Origin: Octopus sinensis
Lineage: Eukaryota
Reading direction: 5' to 3'
DNA length: 24,090 nucleotides
Assembly (NCBI RefSeq): GCF_006345805.1
Contig: NW_021836445.1
Span: 1 to 24,090, forward strand
In this document: positions 10,951 through 19,864 of the stretch, piece by piece
Layout: every line of letters begins with the position of its first letter
Position numbering within the stretch: the stretch's first letter is position 1
Program-made: the position numbers and the translations under genes
Notes under the pieces: generated by a model
What the model saw: only the letters and a program-made list of their open reading frames with translations
Database searches by the model: none
Told to the model about the DNA's origin: nothing

Positions 10951-11521
10951 AAATGATATATTTAATCACTATAAACAAATCATTTGTGCAAGTCGATCAG
11001 CGAAAATTGAACTCCCATACGTCGTCTTCGACTGGAGATTCCTTCAAATATATATAATATCTTGCAGACGTTCTTCCTGGGTTGTTTTTTTTTTGTTTTT
11101 GTTTTTTTCATGAAACTCTGTCGAATTCTGGAATTCTTACAAATTTGATTAATCCTTTTCTCATCATGTTCAAGACACTACTAATGATTGGAAATGTTGA
11201 TACATATACATCACTTTTATTCGTTTCAAATATCACTAGACGTTCCAGCTAAATATATGGAACTGTCTTTTATTTAGACTTATTCATAGTTCTTTAAATC
11301 AAATCGATCACCGAAAAAAAAAAAAAAGAGAAGAAAAATAAAGAAGAGAAAAAAATCAGTACAAAGTACAAGAAATATCGACCTGGAAATGTCCGCTGAT
11401 GGAGTCAGTGTTGTATAATAGTATTTTTTTTTTATATGAGTTCTGTCTTGTGTGTTTTGTGGTCGTAAATTCTCCCACCAGGAATTATTATTGGTTTCAA
11501 AGTCCAGCAATTTCGGTGAAG

Positions 11522-11635
11522 AGAGTAAGTCGATTACATCAACTCCAGTGCTCAGCTGGTACTTAATTTATCGACCCCAAAAGGGTGAAAGGCAAAGTTG
11601 ACCTCGGTGGAATTTGAACTCAGAGCGTAAAAACG
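11522..11635 (-). mobile_element. Older F1-related SINE fragment
   Basis: AAGTCGATTACATCAACTCCAGTG..GGCAAAGTTGACCTCGGTGGAATTTGAACTCAGAGCGT. Confidence 0.82.
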
Positions 11636-11649
11636 AGCAAAACATTTTT

Positions 11650-11898
11650 TCCTGGCTTGCTTACGTTTCTTATTTCTTTATTGCCCACAAGGGGCTAAAC
11701 ATAGAGGGGGACAAACAAGGACAGACAAACGGATTATGTCGATTACATCAACCCCAGTGCGTAACTGGTACTTAATTTATCGACCCCGAAAGGATGAAAT
11801 GCAAAGTCGACCTCAGCGGAATTTGAACTCAGAACGTAACAGCAGACGAAATACTGCTAAGCATTTCGCCCGGCTAACAATTCTGCCAGAACGCCGCC
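11650..11898 (-). mobile_element. Full F1 SINE with the tail running ~20 nt into a second head
   Basis: Minus strand ends AAAGAAATA|AGAAACGTAAGCAAGCCAGG. Confidence 0.92.
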
Positions 11899-12099
11899 TT
11901 ACCTGGACTTATTATCTTGGTCAAAAACATTTTGGTTGCATTGATACCAACTATTGCTATTACCTAATTTGCGTATGCTACATTCAAATAAGATTTAGTT
12001 TTTTTCTCTGTAAGGTCTAGATTTTTTGCAGTTACGGTTTTTTTTTTTATATATTTTACTACTTTCGAAAATTTCTCGAGATATGATGTAATCCTTATT

Positions 12100-12306
12100 C
12101 TTTTACTCTTTTACTTGTTTCAGTCATTTGACTGTGGCTATGCTGGAGCACCGCCTTTAGTCGAGCAAATCGATCCTAGGATTTATTCTTTGTAAGCCTA
12201 GTACTTATTCTATGGGTCACTTTTGCCGAACCGCTAAGTTACGGGGACGTAAACACGCCAGCATCAGTTGTCAAGCGATGTTGGGAGGACAAACACAGAC
12301 ACACAA

Positions 12307-12339
<33 letters not shown>

Positions 12340-12512
12340 CATACATGCGACGAGCTTCTTTTCAGTTTCCGTCTACCAAATCCACTCACAAGGCTTTGGT
12401 CGGCCCGAGGCTATAGTAGGAGACACTTGCCCAAGGTGCCACGCAGTGGGACTGAACCCGGAACCATATGGTTAGTAAGCAAATTACTTGCCACACAGCG
12501 AGTCATGCGCCT
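12100..12512 (-). mobile_element. Full-length F2 SINE
   Basis: Colinear with the other F2 copies; internal (CA)n(TA)n. Confidence 0.93.
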
Positions 12513-12805
12513 ATGTTTCCTTGTTATACTATTTTCTTGTTATACTATCTTCAAACTCGGTGGAAAAGAACAAATATCTATGCATTGAGATTCTAACCTT
12601 ATTCTTATATACGAGTTAAAACACTGCAATAAGAATTAAGCTATAAAAGTAACATTTCTTATTCCGATGCTGGGTAAAAATAAATGTTATCTGCTCCAGT
12701 TGTTTTCGTCATCTGCTTTTCAGTTGAAAATATATATCATATACAAATGATAGGTATTTATAGACGAGAAATTTATTTGAATGGAAGATAAAGCATAAAT
12801 AGATT

Positions 12806-14610
12806 TTATTCAGGCCAAAATTTGTGCTTGAAGCTCTTGTGTTTGTAGACTGTCTCAGGGAAATTTTGTTTAATTCTCCACCAGCAGTCTGCTATCATGT
12901 TTTTGTCCCTTCGCCCTTCATAACGCTCCTCTATGGTTTTGAGATCTTGGTGAAAGCGTTCGCCTTGTTCATCACTTACATCTCCAAGGTTTTCAGGGAA
13001 TTGACCGAGCTTTGAAGGAAATAGAGTTTAACACTCATGTTACACCTAAGACCATGGAAAGCTGACAGTATATTATTTACAAGAATAAGGCGGCGAGCTG
13101 GCAGAAACGTTAGCACGCTGGGTGAAATGCTTTGTGGTATTTCGTCTGACGCTGTGTTCTGAGTTCAAATTCCGCCGAGGTCGACTTTGCCTTTCATCCC
13201 TTCGGGGTCGATAAATTAAGTACCAGTTACGCACTGGGGTCGATGTAATCGACTTAATTCGTTTGTCTGTCGTTGTTTGTCCCCTCTGTGTTTAGCCCCT
13301 TGTGGGTAGTAAAGAAATAAATATATTATTTACAGGAATTTCATAGTCATCTGCTTTTCTGTTTCCAAGAAAATCTTTTTTTATGACTGCTACGAATGAC
13401 AGCCATGCTGCTCTTTCCTTGTCATTCATCTTTCCAACAAATTCCTCATGACGTACAAGGTCTGAGGTCTGTCAAACACACTTGTTCTGATCTACCCGAA
13501 TGACAAACCAAGAAATGCAGGGACTATATGTTGAAAACATTCACCATCAGTAATCAATGCCTTAATGAATTGCATCCTAAAGCCCAGCTTTAAATGGAGG
13601 GGTGGGAAAATAATCTTTCCCCGGTTGACAATTGGATTATTCACCATATTTGGCACGTCTGCTTCCAGAGTCTTACGAATGGGTCACTTCTTCAGAATCC
13701 AGTGTTTCTTTCTAGCTCGGCTGTCCCACATGCAGAAATAGCAAGAATACTTTGTGAAACTTCTCTGTTGTCCGAGAAGGAAATTGACCATTTCAAATCT
13801 ACATAATTGGTCTAGATGTGCTCATGATATTTTAGTTGGTCAATAACCATTTTTATGTCACTGTATTCTTCTTACAAGTACAGTGAGTGACCAACTGTGA
13901 CAGTTCCGTAAACATAGCCATTGCATGAGAGAACACACTTTAGACAGCACTTAGAATTATCTACAAATAGTTGCCAGTCAGTTGAACTGTACGAGGGAAT
14001 TCCCAATTCCTGGAGAAGACCAAGAATGTTGTGACAGTAAACAAATGGTTTCTTTGAAAAAGAAAAAATGACACAAAAATCTGGTCGCGTTTTCGCAAAT
14101 AAGAAACTTTTGTAGCGTGTCAAGGAGATGTTTTTCTTGCTGCCTGGATGCTAAAAACTGCAGCTGCAGTCTTTGGAGAGTCCCAAATCACGCACTAAAT
14201 CGTTCAGTTCTGTTTCATTAAACTGTTGAGGAATTGGTTTTTCGGCACCATAAGAGGATCTTGGAATTATGAAGTAATTTCTTGATCTTCGTTATCATCC
14301 TCGTACTCTTGTTTGCTAGCTTCATCTTCAGAAGAGGCAAACCCAAGGAAAACTAGAATCGAGAGCATCTCAGAGAGTATGATAAGTCTAATTGCAAAAG
14401 GAATATTGGGTTTAAAGATATTTTACGCCTATTTTTCTTGCCCATACATTCTGTGTCACCTGTGTGGCTCCTGGACTCTCACCAAACCACAGGAACTCCA
14501 AATAGAAGGCCCTTTAGTTTTCCTTTTGTCCACGAAGCATTTCCTCTGTTATGACGCATAATATGAAAGGCCCATTTATTTTTTTGTCTTGATCACCGTC
14601 TCACAAACAT
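12806..14610 (-). pseudogene. Decayed DNA-transposon transposase, probably Chapaev3-like (CMC group); interrupted by an F1 SINE
   Basis: Minus-strand fragments: WTKGKLKGLLFGVPVVW*ESRSH, FVYCHNILGLLQELGIPSYSSTDWQLFVDNSKCCLKCVLS.NG..YGTVTVGHSLYL (ORF 13872..14123), IIFPTPPFKAGL.MQFIKALI.DGECFQH, NNILSAFHGLRCNMSVK, FPENLGDVSDEQGERFHQDLKTIEERYEG..FKHKFWPE* (stop 12806-12808). The transposase call is strong; the Chapaev3 label is from memory. Confidence 0.8.
13089..13320 (+). mobile_element. Full monomeric F1 SINE with a perfect 13-bp target-site duplication
   Basis: TATATTATTTACA at 13069-13081 and 13322-13334. Confidence 0.95.
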
Positions 14611-14619
14611 TTTGATATT

Positions 14620-14645
14620 GCTAACGTTTCTACCAGCTCGCCGCC
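14620..14645 (-). mobile_element. 26-bp F1 head stub at the 5' break of the transposase
   Basis: Reverse complement GGCGGCGAGCTGGTAGAAACGTTAGC. Confidence 0.7.
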
Positions 14646-14701
14646 CTATGCAATATCTATACTTAAATCATGAGAAAGAAAGCAATGTTGATTGGGATCA
14701 G

Positions 14702-14815
14702 ATCTTTTGTTATTAAAAAGTGCGACATTGGAAAATCTGTTATTAAAATGTGCGGTACCGGCAAATTTTCTATTAAAAAGTGGGGCACCAGAAAAAAATG
14801 GTTTGGGAAACACTG
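14702..14815 (-). mobile_element. hAT (Charlie-like) transposon end with three 30-bp subterminal repeats
   Basis: Reverse complement starts CAGTGTTTCCCAAAC; flank GTCTAAAT resembles the nTCTAGAn target; units T(G/T)(T/C)TATTAAAA(A/T)GTG start at 14708, 14738 and 14768. Confidence 0.62.
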
Positions 14816-14851
14816 GTCTAAATTCAAGTTCTGAAACTTTTGAATAAGGTA

Positions 14852-14960
14852 CAAGTCGATTGCATCGATCTCAATGCTTAACTGTATTTAGGATGAAAAG
14901 CAAAGTCAATCTCAGCGGAATTTGAACTACGAACACCGTCAAGAACTACCGCCAAGAACT
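14852..14960 (-). mobile_element. Old, internally deleted F1-related SINE
   Basis: AAGTCGATTGCATCGATC..GCAAAGTCAATCTCAGCGGAATTTGAACT. Confidence 0.72.
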
Positions 14961-15107
14961 ACTGAACAAAATTGATACTTTTGTCCAGCAAGCATCAATT
15001 TTTTAGAACGTTTTGTTCTAAAGCCATTCTGATTACTGATTCTTCTAAAACCAGGTGTGGTCGTACTCTAGATTAAAGAAATATTAAATTTACCTAAATA
15101 TTTTAAT

Positions 15108-15346
15108 GAAATACCTATTCCTTTACTACCCACAAGGGGCTAAACACAGAGGGGACAAACAAGGACAGACAAACGGATTTAGTCGATTACATCGACCCCA
15201 GTGCGTAACTGGTACTTAATTTATCGACCCCGAAAGGATGAAAGGCAAAGTCGACCTCGGCGGAATTTGAACTCAGAACGTAGCGGCAGACGAAATACTG
15301 CTAAGCATTTTGCCCGGCGATCTAATGTTTCTGTCAGATCGCCGCC
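15108..15346 (-). mobile_element. Full F1 SINE flanked by a ~160-180-bp direct duplication
   Basis: Complete head, core and tail; flanks 14934-15116 and 15349-15511. Confidence 0.93.
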
Positions 15347-15584
15347 CTCATCGTCAAGAACTATCGCCAAACATTTTGTTCAGAAAGTATCAATTTTCTT
15401 GAACGTTTTGTTCTAAAGCCATTCTGATTACTGATTCTTCTAAAACCAGCTGTGGTCGTACTCTAGATTAAAGAAATATTTAATATACTTAAATATTTTA
15501 ATGAAATACCTGTCGATAAGATTATTAATACTGTACTGAACAAGATACTAGTAAACTAGTCTAGCGCCCGTGTGAAATTGAAGT

Positions 15585-15880
15585 TCCTTCTTTGTTTGTT
15601 TGTTTGTTTGCTTGTTCAGCGAAGCGGTCTTCGTCGCAGAGAAAGCAAGATCGCGCCTCAGGATTGTCTGTAGAAGTCCGAAACGTGGTCCTTTGCTATT
15701 CGTAAGACCTGCAGAAGAGAGAGCAGGTCAGACCCCGACACCGAGAGCATCGACGGATGAATGACTGCGCATCCAGGTTCAGCGGTTGGTAGGAAGAAAG
15801 AGTGAGAGAAAGTTGAAGCGAAAGAGTATTACAGGGGTCGCCTCCACCCCCTGCCGGAGCCTCGTGGAGCTTTAGGTGTT
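15585..15880 (-). mobile_element. F3 SINE variant (shared domain + unique body + (CAAA)n tail); tRNA head absent
   Basis: Reverse complement begins AACACCTAAAGCTCCACGAGGCTCCGGCAGGGGGTGG, as at 19964ff. Confidence 0.8.
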
Positions 15881-16190
15881 GAAGTTTCTGCTCATAAATT
15901 TAATGCAGATTATAAGAGATTTTGGGTCATCTGTGTCCGGAAAGCCAGTGTTGTAAATGCAGGAAGGAAAAGGAAAGGAAATAAATAATGGAAAGAAAGG
16001 GAAATTCGAGAAGTTTGAAGAATGATTCCATGGAGATTATGCAGGAATGTCTAACATATATATTCATATTTATATACAAAATTTAACTTATATTTATTCA
16101 TATGCAATGTATGTTATTCTTATACGTAAACATAAATATTTATGTATATACATAAGCGTATGCAAATATCATATTGTTCTCCTTGTGCAG

Positions 16191-16242
16191 TGAAAATAAC
16201 TTATAATCTAGTATTATATTATCAAGCCGTTATTATTACCAG
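16191..16242 (+). other. Candidate internal exon (52 nt), peptide xKITYNLVLYYQAVIITx; gene unknown
   Basis: Acceptor TTGTTCTCCTTGTGCAG, donor CAG|GTAAGT; exactly one open frame. Confidence 0.35.
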
Positions 16243-16788
16243 GTAAGTTTTGTCCCCAAAATAATCGCAATAAACAGCTTTATTTGTACATACACATAAG
16301 CGTACAGATACTCATATATTTATAATCACAAAATACCTTGTCTGGTCCCCCAGATATTTCTTTGATTTATAAGGAGAAGAAGCCCCATAATTATGGTACT
16401 TCTGAACCCATCGTGAATTCTAGTAAAGCCTTTGCTGTGATTTTCTCAGTCTGTGGGCCATACGTTTGCTAGGATTTTCTTGGTTTCAATCAGTAGAGAA
16501 AAATTTCGGCAGTTCCCAGTGGTTCCCGTCGCCTAAAGGGACAAGATTAACATCGTTCAAAACCTAAATGCACTCAAATTACAATACAAATGGAAGTGTT
16601 ATCAAGGAACTTGAATCCAAAGGTCTCATGCATTATAAATCCCCGACCTTTGCCATTTAATCCACCATTGGTACTAACTATGCAGATCACCCTTGGAACG
16701 TTGGAGGCAATATTGTTCATAATATATTCTTCATAAAGAAATTATTTTGAATCATATTGTCATTATTATTAATATTTGAATGGTGTGA

Positions 16789-17215
16789 GGCGGCGAGCTA
16801 GCAGAATCGTTAGCACACCGGGCGAAATGCGTAGCCGTATTTCGTCTGCCGCTACGTTCTGAGTTCAAATTCCGCCAAGGTCGACTTTGCCTTTCATCCT
16901 TTCGGGGTCGATAAATTAAGTACCAGTTACGCACTGGAGTCGATGCAATCGACTTAATCCCTTTGTCTGCCCTTGTTTGTCCCCTCTGAGGGCAGTAAAG
17001 AAATAAGAATCGTTGGTACGCCGGGCGAAATACTTAGCAGTATTTCGTCTGCCGCTACGTTCTGAGTTCAAATTCCGCCGAGGTCGACTTTGCCTTTAAT
17101 CCTTTCGGGGTCGATTAGATAAGTGCCAGTTATACACTGGGGTCGATGCAATCGACTTAACCCCCTCCCCCAAGTTTACCTTTGTGGCAAAAATCATTAT
17201 TTGAAATCATTATTA
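16789..17215 (+). mobile_element. F1 SINE dimer; unit 1 tail shortened, unit 2 with the alternative tail
   Basis: Type B junction AAAGAAATA|AGAATCGTTGG at ~16997-17016; ends CCCCTCCCCCAAG..TTTGAAATCATTATTA. Confidence 0.92.
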
Positions 17216-17544
17216 TAGCGAATAGAAAATATATAGAACTTTTTTAAAAAGAATTTAAATAAAAATAAATAAAATAATACAGAAATAAAATTCATGAAAA
17301 TTATTTAGTTACATTGAAGTGTATAACTGAATAAAAGAGTTACTTAGAAGTGAATATCAGTTCTCAAAATGCCGTTCCTTTGCTTATTATTTTTGTATTA
17401 AAAAACTAAAAGCTGTTGTTGGAACGTTTGTTTTATTAAGTAATTTATTAAATAAATACACTGGAAATACGAAATATGATGAGAGAGAAAAAATAATAGT
17501 GTTTTATATTAAACGCGGCAATAGCAATATGTGCCGAAGATAAA

Positions 17545-17556
17545 GAAGGAGAGAAA

Positions 17557-17589
<33 letters not shown>

Positions 17590-17936
17590 CCACATATTGC
17601 TGAAGATAAAGAAGGAGACAAATGTATGTGTGTGTATGCATAAATATAAATATATAATATATATATATATATATATCCAATGAATGTGAGCATGTATGTG
17701 TGTGTGTGCATAAGTGTATGTATATATATGTTTAAATAATGCATGTAGCTGATTTTATATATATATGAACATATATAAACGTATGTATGTATATGCAAAA
17801 TGTGTGTTTGTGCGTGTATGTGTATACCTGTGTGTGTGTGTTGTGTGTGTGTGTGTGGCGTGCATATTTATGGATACATGTATGTGTATGCATACATATA
17901 TATCTATATCTATATCTATATATATACATATATATG

Positions 17937-17987
<51 letters not shown>

Positions 17988-18060
17988 ATTAATATATTAC
18001 TTACACTCACAAACATATGCGTGCGCGTGCGTGTGTGTATGCTGTGTGTTTGTGTAGTGT
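17545..18060. repeat. Compound (TA)n/(TG)n/(TATG)n low-complexity tract
   Basis: Directly visible; explains five listed ORFs. Confidence 0.93.
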
Positions 18061-18154
18061 AATATTATATTTATCACATATTAAAGAATACAACGAACGA
18101 ATGAGAACAATAAAAATGGTCAGAGAAAAATATATATAATTAAAGAAAGAGAAA

Positions 18155-18310
18155 GGGTGTATTCCTAGCCCTGTGGTTAGGAAGTTTGTTAAGCAATCCG
18201 TAATCCCTGTTTCGATTCTACTGCGCTATATTTCCGACAAATATCTTCTATCATATTTTCGGTTCTCCCCAAGCCTTGTGAATAAAATTCGATTGGCGGA
18301 TATCGTGCGG
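18155..18310 (+). mobile_element. Highly diverged F2-like SINE head/core
   Basis: TGTGGTTAGGAAGTTTG..TTCGATTCTACTGCG..CCAAGCCTTGTGAATAAAATT. Confidence 0.55.
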
Positions 18311-18384
18311 ATGATTTTTTAATGAATTTTATCGGTTCTCAGGTGTTATTTATTTAATATGTCTCTCGGGTTAACAACACAACC

Positions 18385-18630
18385 GGGACCTTAAGGTCGC
18401 TGATCTAAAGATCCTAAGCTCCACGCGGCTCCGGCAGAAGATAATGGCGAACTTCTGCTGACTCTTTCGCCACAACTTTCTCTCACTCTTTCCTCCTGCA
18501 TCTTGCAGCTCACCTGCGACGGACTGGCATCCCGTCCAGGTGGGGAACCTATACGCCAAGGAAACCGGGAAACCGGCCCTTATGAGCCCTTATGAACCAG
18601 GCATGGCTCGAGAAGGAACAAACAAACAAA
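18385..18630 (+). mobile_element. F3 SINE variant (shared domain + V-SINE-like 3' body + (ACAA)n tail)
   Basis: AAGCTCCACGCGGCTCCGGCAG..CACAACTTTCTCTCACTCTTT then CCTGCGACGGACTGGCATCCCGTCCAGG. Confidence 0.78.
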
Positions 18631-18766
18631 GATGAAGTAGTTGTGTCAAATGCTGATATGGGTACCCAAGCACGGAAATCGACCTAGAGCATCTATGAAC
18701 CAACTGGTTGAAGACTCTGGTCAACTGAAGAGCAATATATCAAGTGCATTGCAGGAGAGATTCTGT
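18631..18766 (+). pseudogene. RTE-clade LINE ORF C-terminal remnant
   Basis: Reads (DEVV/frameshift)QMLIWVPKHGNRPRASMNQLVEDSGQLKSNISSALQER, resembling the RTE C-terminus LLW.P.HG.R..GRP....DQL.EDTG......AMQDR (recalled). Confidence 0.55.
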
Positions 18767-18850
18767 GGAGGCACATGGCCTAGTGGTTAGAGCAGCGGAC
18801 TCGCCGTCGAGGGATCGCGCGTTCGAATCACAGACCGGGCGATGTGTGTA
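18767..18850 (+). mobile_element. Solo F3 tRNA-like SINE head (not a functional tRNA)
   Basis: A box TGGCCTAGTGG, B box GTTCGAATC; matches the head of 19865ff. Confidence 0.8.
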
Positions 18851-19055
18851 TTTTTCGCTCATAAACACACACATCTTTGCTACAAAAGCAGTGTCCATAA
18901 AATCACAACCCAGTCTTCTTTTCTTTGCAAGATTACTACAAAGTACTTAATTTTTGTATAGGACTGCCATTTGATGTTAAGTGCTAAACACAACATAAAA
19001 ATGAAATCTGTTGAAATACGTTATCTTTATTTCAGATAATTTTGAATATAATGAA

Positions 19056-19460
19056 GGCGCAGGAGTGGCTGTGTGGTAAGTAGCTTGCTTACCAGCCACA
19101 TGGCTCCGGGTTCAGTCCCACTGCGTGGCACCTTGGGCAAGTGTCTTCTACTATAGCCTCGGGCCGACCAAAGCCTTGTGAGTGGATTTGGTAGACGGAA
19201 ACTGGAAGAAGCTCGTCGTATATATGTATATGTATATGTATATATATATATGTGTGTGTGTTTGAGTGTCTGTGTTTGTCCCCCCAACCGATGTTGAAGT
19301 GTTTACGTCCCCGTAAGCTAGCGGTTCGGCAAAAGAGGCCGATAGAATAAGTACTAGGCTTACAAAGAATAAGTCCTGGGGTCGATTTGCTCGACTAAAG
19401 GCGGTGCTCCAGCATGGCCGCAGTCAAATGACTGAAACAAGTATAAAGAGTAAAAGAGTA
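19056..19460 (+). mobile_element. Full-length F2 SINE with (GAGTAAAA)n tail
   Basis: Head GGCGCAGGAGTGGCTGTGTGGTAAG, core GCACCTTGGGCAAGTG, tail GCTCCAGCATGGCCGCAGTCAAATGACTGAAACAAG. Confidence 0.94.
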
Positions 19461-19691
19461 TTTAGTAAAACAACTTTGTAATTAAATAAGCTGGTGTTTT
19501 GATCATAAGTTAACATAATTAATTAACATAAATTAAGAGATGGGAGGTTTTAATCTAAATCCCTTTAAAACGGGAAGTTTGCATCATAGGACTAGTGGCA
19601 GTCTCGTGTGAGTTGGTATCATAAGGATTAAGATATGAACAAGCAGATCTCAGAAATTGTGAGTTTCCTGGCTTTTCTAATTTGTTGACAG

Positions 19692-19775
19692 CGTGACAGA
19701 TGTCAGATGTAAAATGGAAGTCTCTGAGGATCTGACCATAGAGCCACATTGCGAACGAGAATCATCAGGCTTTTG
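19692..19775 (+). other. Candidate internal exon (84 nt), peptide xVTDVRCKMEVSEDLTIEPHCERESSGFx; gene unknown
   Basis: Acceptor TTTTCTAATTTGTTGACAG with a CTAAT branch-like motif, donor TTG|GTGAGG; one open frame; phase-compatible with 16191-16242. Confidence 0.38.
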
Positions 19776-19864
19776 GTGAGGTGGCAATATAGGTGTTGGT
19801 TTATATGGTCATTTTTTGTCCTGACGTCATTCTCGGTTTTTATGAAATGTATTAGATGCATAGT

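Noticed and set aside
10980-11510. Short protein-like frames on the minus strand, including ORF 11280..11510
   Set aside because: No recognisable motif; broken by poly-A/T runs.
7070-16934. Recurrent peptide RNWYLIYRPRKDERQSRPRRNLNSER in many ORFs
   Set aside because: Antisense translation of the F1 SINE core, not a protein family.
17533-17640. ~66-bp-period duplication GC(C/T)GAAGATAAAGAAGGAGA(G/C)AAATGT
   Set aside because: Two copies inside a microsatellite tract; ordinary slippage duplication.
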